DNA from: Sphingobacteriales bacterium
GTDB lineage: Bacteria; Bacteroidota; Bacteroidia; UKL13-3
Assembly (NCBI GenBank): GCA_021298155.1
Contig: JAJTEN010000003.1
Coordinates: 31,388 to 95,387, forward strand
DNA: 64,000 nucleotides
Reading direction: 5' to 3'
Part shown: in pieces, positions 10,021 to 19,362 of the stretch
Layout: the number at the start of each line of letters is the position of its first letter
Numbering within the stretch: position 1 is the stretch's first letter
Notes under the pieces: generated by a model
The model's input: only the letters and a program-made list of their open reading frames with translations
Told to the model about the DNA's origin: nothing
Database searches by the model: none
Program-made: the position numbers and the translations under genes

Positions 10021-11091
10021 CTATGATTTTCTATTGATACTTAACCGTAAACTAACCATGTTACTCATTCCAATTAATCCTTGGTTAAAAGCATTTCCCA
10101 GGGCGTAATCTATTGCTAAATTTTTCAATTGAATTCCCAATCCCAAACTTGGCATACCATTTAAGGTTTTATTTCCAGTAAAATCAATTACACGCTGCAA
10201 AGTGCCATAGCCACCCCTTAAAAAGACCAAATCATTATACCCAATTTCAATTCCTATTCTCGGATCAAGATTAATATATTTACTACTTATTAATACATTT
10301 CTTTGGCCATCCGTGGTAAAATCTAAATTTAGTTCTGGTAAAATACTGAATTTAGATTGTTTTGGTTGAAATTTACGTGCCATTCCAAAGGTAAAACGTG
10401 GTAAAGTTAATTCTAACCCACCTTTAGGGATAGCGTTTCCTGATGCCAGCAATTGTTTTTTATCGTCTTCAGACATTTGATATGACCATGCATTAAAGGT
10501 GGTGGTAATGTCTCTACCAACCAGTGCAAATTGCCAATCATTTTTTTTGTATGCTGCAGATAAGTCAATTCCAAATCCCCACGCACCACCAAAATCACCA
10601 ACAACACGTCGGATTATTTTCACATTTCCACCTAAGTCTAAGCCTTCAATTTTGGTTTGCGTAGCATATGAACCCATAAAAGCGTAGTCTACCGCAGAGA
10701 AACTTCTAATCAAAGAATAATTAATTTGCCCGTCTTGCATGAGGTATAGCGTATTTGGAATGCCATCTACACCCAGCCTAATAAAGCTTATTGCCCCTGC
10801 CGATTTTTCGCTTAGTTTAAAAGCCAAACTTCCAAAATCATGATTGGCGATGCCTGCAAATTGTTCATTGTGCATGGCTACAATTTGAATATTGTCTTTA
10901 AGCTGCGCCAAACCACCTGCATTCCAGTAACTGGCTGTAACATCTTTGGTGCTAGCCACAACAGAACCCGCCATCCCTGCGGCCCTTGCACCAACACCAA
11001 TATTTAAAAACTCATTACTATATTTTAATACTTGCGCATTTGCTGTTTGGTTTAAACAGAATAGTAAAGAAATAAACAAAAATTTTCTCAT
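10021..11091 (-). CDS. PorV/PorQ-family outer-membrane beta-barrel protein (T9SS-associated family)
   Basis: Signal peptide [20 protein letters not shown]-terminal block FLNIGVGARAAGMAGSVVA...ASYWNAGGLA resembles the PorV/PorQ family signature. Alternating beta-strand pattern to the C-terminus. Confidence 0.5.
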   Translation of the reverse strand: MRKFLFISLLFCLNQTANAQVLKYSNEFLNIGVGARAAGMAGSVVASTKDVTASYWNAGGLAQLKDNIQIVAMHNEQFAGIANHDFGSLAFKLSEKSAGAISFIRLGVDGIPNTLYLMQDGQINYSLIRSFSAVDYAFMGSYATQTKIEGLDLGGNVKIIRRVVGDFGGAWGFGIDLSAAYKKNDWQFALVGRDITTTFNAWSYQMSEDDKKQLLASGNAIPKGGLELTLPRFTFGMARKFQPKQSKFSILPELNLDFTTDGQRNVLISSKYINLDPRIGIEIGYNDLVFLRGGYGTLQRVIDFTGNKTLNGMPSLGLGIQLKNLAIDYALGNAFNQGLIGMSNMVSLRLSINRKS

Positions 11092-11750
11092 TATTTAAAC
11101 ACCTCTTTTAATTGGAACAAAATGCTTTGAGCATTTTTAAATGCATTATTTTCTAATTCCCAAACACACTCTTGCAGAACTATTTTATTAGATAAGGAAA
11201 GTTCTGGCAAACCGGCTTTTTTCATAATTCTACTTAACGAAAAGGCAAATAAGTTATTATCTGGATAATTTTTAATATATGCTGCGCTACGAAAATGGTC
11301 AAAAAAATGGAGAAATTTTTCAATATCTTGATGGGCATGTAAAATGGCAAAATCTTTCACCCCGGAGAGATTAATTGTCCTGATATCTGTGTAAAAATGT
11401 TCACTAACCATAGGTTGGTGGTTCATAATCATGCGATCTAACAACATTTCAAAAAGCACATGGCCCATAAACCATCGGCGATTTACCTCTCCTTCAAAAT
11501 TAGCCTTTTTTAACACTAAGGTGCAGGCATGGCTTCCCCAAGAAAAGAAATCTGAAGCATGAAATTGTTTATCGGCCAAATAATGTTGCAAACAACCTTC
11601 GGCTAGGGGCAAAAATTGACCATAAGACGATTGAGGTAATTTACCCGGAACCTTCACAAATCCTCTCGAGATATCAGGAAAAATTAATCCCAAACTATAG
11701 AGTGGATCCTTCTCCTTCTGATGAACATAATAATGGGAAAGGTAATTCAT
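11091..11750 (-). CDS. possible acyl carrier protein phosphodiesterase (AcpH-like) / HD-like hypothetical protein
   Basis: N-terminus [10 protein letters not shown] resembles the AcpH MNFLAHLHL start, and His-rich blocks ([20 protein letters not shown]) line up loosely. Weak call. Confidence 0.35.
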   Translation of the reverse strand: MNYLSHYYVHQKEKDPLYSLGLIFPDISRGFVKVPGKLPQSSYGQFLPLAEGCLQHYLADKQFHASDFFSWGSHACTLVLKKANFEGEVNRRWFMGHVLFEMLLDRMIMNHQPMVSEHFYTDIRTINLSGVKDFAILHAHQDIEKFLHFFDHFRSAAYIKNYPDNNLFAFSLSRIMKKAGLPELSLSNKIVLQECVWELENNAFKNAQSILFQLKEVFK

Positions 11751-11814
11751 TGACGCTGCGAGTATACAAAATTCTTTTGAAGAGATTATGTTTCCAAAAT
11801 CCTATTTTCGCAAC

Positions 11815-13101
11815 ATGACAAATTTTGTGGAAGAAATGAAATGGCGCGGCATGTTGCATGATATGATGCCTGGCACTGAAGCGCAATTAGCAAAAGAAAT
11901 AACATCAGGCTATATCGGGTTCGACCCAACAGCAGACAGCTTACATGTGGGGCATTTAACCCAAATAATGACCCTCATTCATTTTCAGAGAGCGGGACAT
12001 AAGCCCTATGTGCTTGTGGGTGGTGCAACAGGTATGGTTGGAGATCCAAGTGGAAAGTCTTCTGAAAGAAACTTACTGTCCGAAGAAATTTTATTTCATA
12101 ATGTGGCCTGTATTGAAAAACAATTAAGTAAATTTTTAAATTTTGAGGATGGTGCCAATGCAGCAGTAATGGTAAACAATTACGATTGGTTTAAAGGCAT
12201 GGGGTTTCTAAATTTTATTAGAGATGTTGGCAAACACATTACAGTAAATTACATGATGGCCAAAGACTCTGTTAAAAAGCGTTTAGAAGGCGATACAGGT
12301 ATGAGTTTTACAGAATTTTCATATCAATTGGTGCAAGGATATGATTTTTATTACCTATGGAAAAACCACCAATGTAAGGTTCAAATGGGTGGAAGCGACC
12401 AATGGGGAAATATTGTAACGGGAACTGAGTTAATCAGAAGAAAATCTCAAGGTGAAGCCTATGCGATTACAACCCAGCTCATTAAAAAAGCAGATGGTAC
12501 TAAATTTGGCAAAACAGAAAGTGGAGCCATTTGGCTCGATCCAACGCGCACATCACCTTATAAATTTTATCAATTTTGGCTAAATGCAAGTGATGCAGAT
12601 GCCGCTAGTTGGATTAGAATTTTCACCTTGTTAAACAAGGAAGAAATTGAATCATTAGAAGCGCAACATATGGAAGCCCCACATTTACGCACAATACAGA
12701 AAGCATTGGCCAAAGAAATAACTTGTAAGGTACATTCAGAAGAGGCTTATGAAACAGCAGTTGCTGCCAGTACTATTTTGTTTGGAAATGCCACACAAGA
12801 GGCTTTTGCCTCTTTGGATGAAGAAACATTTTTAGCTGTTTTTGAAGGCGTACCCTCATTTCAAATTACCCAAGATGAGCTATCAAATGGCATTGGCATT
12901 GTAGATTTGTTGACTGAAAAAAGTACCGTTTTTCCATCTAAAGGTGAGGCCAGAAAAATGCTACAAGGTGGTGGCGTAAGCATGAATAAGCAAAAAATAG
13001 AAGATTTAAATTTATTGGTTCGAACCGAACAATTGATTAATCAAAAATACCTGATTATTCAAAAAGGAAAGAAGAATTATTTCTTATTTGTAGTAGCGTA
13101 A
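11815..13101 (+). CDS. tyrS: tyrosine--tRNA ligase
   Basis: HIGH-type motif (SLHVGHL), KMSKS-type motif (KFGKTESG), C-terminal S4-like domain. ATG at 11815 ([12 protein letters not shown]) preferred over the track's ATG at 11788. Confidence 0.9.
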   Translation: MTNFVEEMKWRGMLHDMMPGTEAQLAKEITSGYIGFDPTADSLHVGHLTQIMTLIHFQRAGHKPYVLVGGATGMVGDPSGKSSERNLLSEEILFHNVACIEKQLSKFLNFEDGANAAVMVNNYDWFKGMGFLNFIRDVGKHITVNYMMAKDSVKKRLEGDTGMSFTEFSYQLVQGYDFYYLWKNHQCKVQMGGSDQWGNIVTGTELIRRKSQGEAYAITTQLIKKADGTKFGKTESGAIWLDPTRTSPYKFYQFWLNASDADAASWIRIFTLLNKEEIESLEAQHMEAPHLRTIQKALAKEITCKVHSEEAYETAVAASTILFGNATQEAFASLDEETFLAVFEGVPSFQITQDELSNGIGIVDLLTEKSTVFPSKGEARKMLQGGGVSMNKQKIEDLNLLVRTEQLINQKYLIIQKGKKNYFLFVVA

Positions 13102-13113
13102 ATATTAAAAACA

Positions 13114-14004
13114 ATGAGAACCATAGCACCAAAAGACTTACCTTTAGCAGAATTTCATAATGCCTTATTAACAGCTATTGCTCCACGACCGATTTGCTTT
13201 GCCAGTACCATAGATGAAGCTGGAAATCCGAATTTAAGTCCGTTTAGCTTTTTTAATGTATTTGGTTCGAACCCAACCCGCTTTATTTTTTCACCAGCCA
13301 GAAGGGTGCGAGATAATACCATTAAACACACCTTGGAGAATGCTATGGCAACCAAAGAAGTGGTTATTAATGTAGTTAATTATGCCATGGTACAACAAAT
13401 GAGCTTGGCAAGCTGCGAATACCCAAAAGGTGTAAACGAATTTGAAAAAGCAGGCTTTACTCCCCTAGCCTCACAAAAAGTAAAACCATTTCGAGTTCAA
13501 GAAAGTCCTGTTCAATTTGAATGCAAAGTGGTAGATATTATAGAAACAGGAAAAGAAGGAGGAGCAGGTAACCTAATCATTGCTGAGATGGTTTTAATGC
13601 ATATATCGCCCAACGTTTTAACTGCGGATGGTAAAATAGATCAACACAAACTAGATTTGGTAGGCAGATTGGGTAGTGATTGGTATGTTCGTGCTAGCGG
13701 AAATGCCCTTTTTGAAGTACCAAAACCAGCAAAGAACTTAGGTATTGGGTTCGATCAATTACCGCTAACTATTAGAAATAGTAAAATCCTCACTGGAAAT
13801 AGTTTAGGTATGTTAGCCAATATAGAGCAATTGCCAGATGCAGACAGTATTGCTATATACAAGCATATGAATAAGGATTTGGCAACTTTACTGAATAGTG
13901 CCAATAATCAAGAGCTAAAATCTACACAACTTCATCAATTGGCGCAAAATTTATTACAGAAGGGCTTGATTGTAGAAGCATGGAAAGTACTATTGAGTGA
14001 ATAA
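13114..14004 (+). CDS. flavin reductase-like (FMN-binding split-barrel) protein with ~100-aa C-terminal extension
   Basis: PRPICFASTIDEAGNPNLSPFSFFNVFGSNP and QFECKV...GAGNLIIAE blocks are typical of the flavin reductase family. Confidence 0.65.
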   Translation: MRTIAPKDLPLAEFHNALLTAIAPRPICFASTIDEAGNPNLSPFSFFNVFGSNPTRFIFSPARRVRDNTIKHTLENAMATKEVVINVVNYAMVQQMSLASCEYPKGVNEFEKAGFTPLASQKVKPFRVQESPVQFECKVVDIIETGKEGGAGNLIIAEMVLMHISPNVLTADGKIDQHKLDLVGRLGSDWYVRASGNALFEVPKPAKNLGIGFDQLPLTIRNSKILTGNSLGMLANIEQLPDADSIAIYKHMNKDLATLLNSANNQELKSTQLHQLAQNLLQKGLIVEAWKVLLSE

Positions 14005-14206
14005 GTGTCTAATTTTTCGTCTTATTTTGAGGAATAAATTCTAAAAAAAGATACACTTCCAATAAAAAATGAGTTGATTTTTTGCTCGAAATTGAATTAT
14101 TCAACTGATTATCATTAAATTTTTTAATATTAAATGGTAAATACTGTTTTGGCAACAAATTAGATACAAATGATTTATCTAAAATCATTTTACTTGATAA
14201 AAAGAA

Positions 14207-14242
14207 AACCCAATCTACTTGCCATAGATTGGGTTTTTTTTT
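14207..14242 (+). terminator. Rho-independent terminator (11-bp stem + T9 tract)
   Basis: AACCCAATCTA-cttgcca-TAGATTGGGTT followed by TTTTTTTTT. Lies ~200 nt after the flavin reductase stop and ~40 nt before the pyrC ATG. Confidence 0.6.
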
Positions 14243-14279
14243 GAATAAGCTAGTATTGAAATCAATCCTACTAATCCAA

Positions 14280-15620
14280 ATGAAAAAAACGCTTATAAAA
14301 AATATACATATTGTCAATAAACACAGCATTAAACAAGGCGACATTCTGATAATAAATGGCATGATCGACAAAATTGGATCAGGCATTATTGATATGGATG
14401 CATTAGAAATAGATGGAACGGGAAAATATGCTTTTCCGGGAGTAATAGATGGCCAGGTGCACTTCAGAGAACCCGGACTTACACACAAAGGCACGATATA
14501 CAGTGAAAGTAAAGCTGCTGTTGCCGGAGGGGTAACCTCCTTTATAGATATGCCTAACACCATACCAAATGTATTAAGTATTGAACGCTTGAATGAAAAA
14601 TATAGCATTGCTTCAGAAAACGCATTAGCCAATTATGGATTCTTTTTAGGCGTTAATGCAGATAATTTAGAAGAAGTTCTGCAAACAGATACTCGTTCGT
14701 TGTTGGGCGTTTCTGATGATGGATTATATTTCACAAAAAAAGGGAATTTATTGGCTGATAGTCCAGACACAATGGAAAGGTTGTTTGCAAATTGCAAGGC
14801 AATTATTGCCATACATTCAGAGAAAGAACAAATTATAGAGGAAAATGAAGCATATTACAAGTTAAAATATGGCCACGATGTGCCTATTGAATTTCACCCT
14901 AAAATTAGAAGCGAGCAAGCTTGTTATGAGGCAACAAAACGGGCCATTGCGATAGCCAATAAACATCAGGCCAGATTACATATTCTGCATTTAAGCACGG
15001 AAATAGAAACCCACTTATTTAGAAATGATATCCCATTACAAGAAAAAAATATTACCACCGAAGTTTCAGTGCACCATTTATGGTTTTCGGATAAAGATTA
15101 TAACACCTTGGGAACACTTATTAAATGGAATCCTGCCATTAAAACTGAACAAGATAAAAATGGACTATTAAAAGCTTTGATAGACGATAGAATTGATCTA
15201 ATTACAACAGACCATGCACCGCATCTATTAACAGAAAAACAAAAACCTTATTTCCAATCTATGTCTGGCGCTCCCATTGTTCAGCACTCAGTAAATATTA
15301 TGTTGGAGTTTTACAAGCAAGGCCTCATTTCTCTTGAAAAAATTGCAGAAAAAATGTGTCACAATCCAGCCATTTTATACCAAATAGATCGAAGAGGTTT
15401 TATTGAAGAAGGGTATTATGCTGATTTATTTATTGTAGATCTAGACCAGCAATGGACAGTCTCCAAAGAAAACATTTTATACAAATGTGCTTGGTCGCCT
15501 TTAGAAGGCACAAACTTCCATACTAAGATTACCCATACCTTCGTAAATGGCAATTTAGTATATTGTGATGGCATAGTGAACGACCAATACCGAGGATTGC
15601 CCTTAAAGAAAAGAAATTAA
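14280..15620 (+). CDS. pyrC: dihydroorotase (class I-like amidohydrolase)
   Basis: GVIDGQVHFREPGLTHKG, GVSDDG, IAIHSE, LHILHLST and TTDHAPH blocks. ATG at 14280 (MKKTLIKNIHIV) preferred, because the track's TTG at 14229 lies inside the terminator hairpin. Confidence 0.8.
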   Translation: MKKTLIKNIHIVNKHSIKQGDILIINGMIDKIGSGIIDMDALEIDGTGKYAFPGVIDGQVHFREPGLTHKGTIYSESKAAVAGGVTSFIDMPNTIPNVLSIERLNEKYSIASENALANYGFFLGVNADNLEEVLQTDTRSLLGVSDDGLYFTKKGNLLADSPDTMERLFANCKAIIAIHSEKEQIIEENEAYYKLKYGHDVPIEFHPKIRSEQACYEATKRAIAIANKHQARLHILHLSTEIETHLFRNDIPLQEKNITTEVSVHHLWFSDKDYNTLGTLIKWNPAIKTEQDKNGLLKALIDDRIDLITTDHAPHLLTEKQKPYFQSMSGAPIVQHSVNIMLEFYKQGLISLEKIAEKMCHNPAILYQIDRRGFIEEGYYADLFIVDLDQQWTVSKENILYKCAWSPLEGTNFHTKITHTFVNGNLVYCDGIVNDQYRGLPLKKRN

Positions 15621-15630
15621 TTCTTCATCT

Positions 15631-16467
15631 ATGTTTCTTAATAGAAAAATTCTAATTGCAACTAAACATAAGAAAGAACTAGTTATTGGTCCCATTATAG
15701 AAAAGGAACTTGGATTGAGTTATGTTGTAAACGAGCAGTATGATACAGATCTATTGGGCACTTTTACCGGTGAAATTGAGCGTATTTTAGACCCAATTGA
15801 TAATGCTAGAAAAAAATGTTTAGACGGCATGAACCTATACAATTGCGAGATTGGAATTGCCAGTGAAGGATCATTTGGACCACATCCACAGGCTTATTTT
15901 CTGAGTGCTAATGAAGAAGTTTTAATTTTCATTGACAAAAAAAATAAGCTCGAAATCATTGCAAGAGAAATAAGCACTGAAACGAATTTTAATAGCAAAA
16001 CAATACAAAATATAGAGGAGCTTTTTGCCTTTGCTGAATCAGTTAATTTCCCGAGTCACGCCCTTATTTTAAGGAAATCAAAACATGAAAAAGAAGACAT
16101 TTTCAAAGGGATTCAAGACCACCATGAATTAATAAAAACATTCAATTACTTACATAAAAAATATCAAATAGTTTTCGCAGAAACCGACATGCGGGCCATG
16201 GTTAATCCAATGAGAATGAAGCTCATTGAGAAAACCACCTTACAATTGATCCAAAAGATAAAAAGTACATGTCCGAACTGCCAGCACCCGGGTTTTTCAG
16301 TTACAAAAACAAAAAAAGGATTGAAGTGTAATTTGTGTGGGACGCCTACCAATTCCCCATTAAGTTTAGTTTCGGTATGTACGCACTGTTCATTTGAAAA
16401 GGAAGAGTTATACCCAAACAACAAAACCAGTGAGGATCCGATGTACTGCGACCATTGTAACCCGTAA
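15631..16467 (+). CDS. hypothetical protein with C-terminal 4x CxxC (double zinc-ribbon-like) module
   Basis: Unoverlapped 278-aa ORF, 10 nt after pyrC. C-terminal CPNC-x17-CNLC-x13-CTHC-x21-CDHC. No family recognised with confidence. Confidence 0.5.
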   Translation: MFLNRKILIATKHKKELVIGPIIEKELGLSYVVNEQYDTDLLGTFTGEIERILDPIDNARKKCLDGMNLYNCEIGIASEGSFGPHPQAYFLSANEEVLIFIDKKNKLEIIAREISTETNFNSKTIQNIEELFAFAESVNFPSHALILRKSKHEKEDIFKGIQDHHELIKTFNYLHKKYQIVFAETDMRAMVNPMRMKLIEKTTLQLIQKIKSTCPNCQHPGFSVTKTKKGLKCNLCGTPTNSPLSLVSVCTHCSFEKEELYPNNKTSEDPMYCDHCNP

Positions 16468-16487
16468 TAATATATTTGTAAACACAC

Positions 16488-17399
16488 ATGAAACACGTAA
16501 AACTGGCCTTAGACTGGACACCAAACATTAATCACATTGGATTTTTAATTGCCAAAACGTTAGGATTTTATGAAAGGCGAGGTATTGACTTGGAAATCAT
16601 AAATCCCCTTGATGATGATTACCAAACAACACCAGCCAAAAAATTAGAGAATGATGAAGCAGATTTTGCAATATGTCCGTTTGAATCCATCATAAGTTTA
16701 AATAACAAAACCAATAAAGTTAACGCTATTGCTGTATATGCAATATTACAAGAAGACCTAAGCAGTATTGCCAGTTTAAAAAGTGCCAATATTACTGAAC
16801 CAAAACAGTTAGATGGGAAAGTATACGCCTCATACCAGGCTAGATATGAAGATGAGATAGTAAAATGCATGATTAAAAACGACCAAGGAGAAGGTAGTAT
16901 TCAAATAATCTATCCCGAAAAACTTGGAATATGGAATACCTTACTAACTGGTAAAGCAGATTCAACATGGATATTTGACAATTGGGAAGGCATAGAAGCA
17001 ATGCATAATCAAATAGCTTTAAGCACCTTTAAAATGAAAGATTATGAAATTCCCTATGGCTACTCACCTGTTGTTATCTGCAAAAAAGAAAGGCTGATAA
17101 ATAACCATGATCTATATAAAGACTTTATTGAAGAAAGTAGAAATGGATTTTTATTTGTAAAAGACAACCTTTCACAATCTGAAGAAATCTTAAGAAAATA
17201 CATCACAGAAAGAGATAACAAGCATATCGACATTAAGCAATCCATCGCGTTTACCTATCCCTATTTTGGAGAGCCAGCAAATTGCGGCAAAATGCAGGAA
17301 GACAGAGTAGTTGCGTTTTTGCGTTGGATCGTGAATAACAAATTGGAATCAGAGAATATACTGAATCAAGAATTATATACCAACGATTTACTTGTTTAA
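16488..17399 (+). CDS. NMT1/THI5-like domain protein (periplasmic-binding-protein fold, no signal peptide)
   Basis: N-terminus MKHVKLALDWTPNINHIGFLIAKTLGFYERRGIDLEIINP parallels the THI5/ThiY-type N-terminus. I do not see the THI5 catalytic Lys/His block or its Cys-rich motif. Confidence 0.55.
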   Translation: MKHVKLALDWTPNINHIGFLIAKTLGFYERRGIDLEIINPLDDDYQTTPAKKLENDEADFAICPFESIISLNNKTNKVNAIAVYAILQEDLSSIASLKSANITEPKQLDGKVYASYQARYEDEIVKCMIKNDQGEGSIQIIYPEKLGIWNTLLTGKADSTWIFDNWEGIEAMHNQIALSTFKMKDYEIPYGYSPVVICKKERLINNHDLYKDFIEESRNGFLFVKDNLSQSEEILRKYITERDNKHIDIKQSIAFTYPYFGEPANCGKMQEDRVVAFLRWIVNNKLESENILNQELYTNDLLV

Positions 17400-17405
17400 G
17401 ATACC

Positions 17406-17448
17406 TAATCCATGTTTACCTACATCCTATTTTGGTAAACATGGATTA
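17406..17448. terminator. bidirectional hairpin terminator between convergent genes (15-bp perfect stem)
   Basis: TAATCCATGTTTACC-13 nt loop-GGTAAACATGGATTA, between the THI5-like stop (17399) and the yidC stop (17453). Confidence 0.6.
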
Positions 17449-17452
17449 AATA

Positions 17453-19267
17453 TTATTTATTTGGGTCGAACCCGCGTTTTTTAGCCATTTCCTCCAACTT
17501 TTGTTGAAACTTAGATTTGGTTACAGGTTTCTTTTTATTCTCTTGAATTTGCGCATGCAAGGCATTATCATCAACAAACTGGCGGATTAATAATTGTTGA
17601 CCTATGGTAAATAAGTTTGATAAGAAATAATAGTATGTTAAACCACTGGCATAATTATTAAAAAATCCAAGGAACATAACAGGCATTAGGTAGGAGATAA
17701 TTTTCATTTGCCCAGTAACACCAGTCATTTGATTGTTATACATTGTATAAACCAATGTAGAAACAGTCATTAATAAGGTAAATAAGCTCACATGATCACC
17801 ATAGAAAGGGATTTCAAATCCAAGATTTAAAATACTATCGTAACTTGATAAATCACTACTCCACAAAAATGCTTGCTGTCTTAACTCAAAAGAACTAGGA
17901 AAAAACTGGAACATGGCAATTAAAATAGGCATTTGAAGTAAAACTGGCAAGCATCCACCCATTGGATTAACTCCGGCTTTGCGATATAACTTCATGTTTT
18001 CTTGCTGCATTTTAGCCATATCATTTCCATATTTCACTTTAATCTCATCCATTTCTGGCTTTAAAACGCGCATTTTCGCAGACGACTTGTATGATTTATA
18101 TACGAGTGGAAATAAAATAGTTTTAACAATGATCGTGAGTAATAAAATGATGATACCAAAATTAGAAATGTATTGACTCAAGAAATAAAACACATTAACG
18201 GTTAAAATTTTATTTACCCATCCAAATATCCCCCAGCCCATAGGCACAATTTTCTCGAGGCTAGCACCAACTTTTTGCAGAGATTTATAGTGATTCGGTC
18301 CAAAATAGAACTGCATTTCATAAGCCTGTTGATCTGAATGGTTATAGGTAAGTCCGATATTTGAACTCAATACTTTCACATATTTCTTAGACTCATCAGT
18401 TTTGGTTTCAAGTGCAGCATTATCAAAGTTGCTCACTCCTATTAATGAACTATTAAAATATTGTTGTTTATATGAGATCCATTGTATAGGCGTTTTTATA
18501 TCCTCCTTAAGATCTTTGGTTTCACTAATATATTCTGGGTCTTCATTAGGATATCTATAATAGATAGTAGTGGTATTCTTTTCTGCCTCATGGGTTTTTT
18601 CTTGACGCAGCACATTTTGTTTCCAACTTAAGTCAAGAAAATTATTATTTGGCGCAATAACATTGTTCATACCCACTAGGTTAATTTTAAAATCAACCAT
18701 ATTTTGGTTTTGGTTCAGCCCAATATGATGCTCTATAAATTGGTTATCTGCTAGTTTAAGCTGCATGATAACTGATTTTCCATCTGCAGACTTAACTGGA
18801 GTAAAATATAAATCTTTTGTAGAAATAGCCTTTGCGTCTCTCGTTGCAAAGCCATAAGAAAAATCATTCTCCTCTCCTTCAAATAGCACCAAATCAGACC
18901 CATCTGAACGTTTATAATTTTTCAATTCTACCTGATAAATCCGACCTCCTTTGTTGGCTATTTTGATTTTCAGGTTCTCATTTTCAAGTATGGTATAGTC
19001 ATCAACACCCTGAGAAAAACGAGCAAAAGAACCAAATGCATTTTGCTTAGCGGTGCTATCTTCTGAAATGGTGGATAATTTTTCATTTTCACGCTCGGCT
19101 TGAACCGAGGCTAGCGCAATACTATCATTTTGCAAACGAACCAAATTTATTGAATCTTGCTTCATTTTTGCAGCCGCTATTTCTGATTGAGTAGGCTGAT
19201 TGATGTATGCAAATGTGATTAATATTGCAAATATTAACCCAAGGCCGATGATCGAATTTCTATCCAT
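17453..19267 (-). CDS. yidC: membrane protein insertase YidC (long, Bacteroidota/Gram-negative type)
   Basis: N-terminal TM, large periplasmic domain, and a C-terminal 60-kDa-IMP core (ILLLTIIVKTILFPL...KMRVLKPEMDEIKVKY...GVNPMGGCLPVLLQMPILIAMF). Confidence 0.9.
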   Translation of the reverse strand: MDRNSIIGLGLIFAILITFAYINQPTQSEIAAAKMKQDSINLVRLQNDSIALASVQAERENEKLSTISEDSTAKQNAFGSFARFSQGVDDYTILENENLKIKIANKGGRIYQVELKNYKRSDGSDLVLFEGEENDFSYGFATRDAKAISTKDLYFTPVKSADGKSVIMQLKLADNQFIEHHIGLNQNQNMVDFKINLVGMNNVIAPNNNFLDLSWKQNVLRQEKTHEAEKNTTTIYYRYPNEDPEYISETKDLKEDIKTPIQWISYKQQYFNSSLIGVSNFDNAALETKTDESKKYVKVLSSNIGLTYNHSDQQAYEMQFYFGPNHYKSLQKVGASLEKIVPMGWGIFGWVNKILTVNVFYFLSQYISNFGIIILLLTIIVKTILFPLVYKSYKSSAKMRVLKPEMDEIKVKYGNDMAKMQQENMKLYRKAGVNPMGGCLPVLLQMPILIAMFQFFPSSFELRQQAFLWSSDLSSYDSILNLGFEIPFYGDHVSLFTLLMTVSTLVYTMYNNQMTGVTGQMKIISYLMPVMFLGFFNNYASGLTYYYFLSNLFTIGQQLLIRQFVDDNALHAQIQENKKKPVTKSKFQQKLEEMAKKRGFDPNK

Positions 19268-19296
19268 TGTATTTATTAAAAAGCAGGGCGAAAATA

Positions 19297-19329
19297 GGTA
19301 TTTCTTCTAAATAAAATAGAAGAAATACC
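19297..19329 (-). terminator. hairpin (13-bp stem) downstream of pyrG, upstream of yidC
   Basis: GGTATTTCTTCTA-aataaaa-TAGAAGAAATACC. On the minus strand it is followed by the U-rich TATTTT. Confidence 0.45.
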
Positions 19330-19362
19330 ATTGAAAACAATATTGTGTGTGTATGAGTAAAC

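Noticed and set aside
14009-14632. 207-aa minus-strand ORF in the supplied track
   Set aside because: It runs antisense to the well-supported pyrC N-terminus and across an intrinsic terminator. It has low-complexity, hydrophobic, AT-biased composition and no motifs, so it is a typical shadow ORF.
16468-16487. TPP riboswitch upstream of the THI5/NMT1-like gene
   Set aside because: Only 20 nt separate it from the upstream gene, and no CTGAGA/ACCTGA-type core is present in or near the junction.
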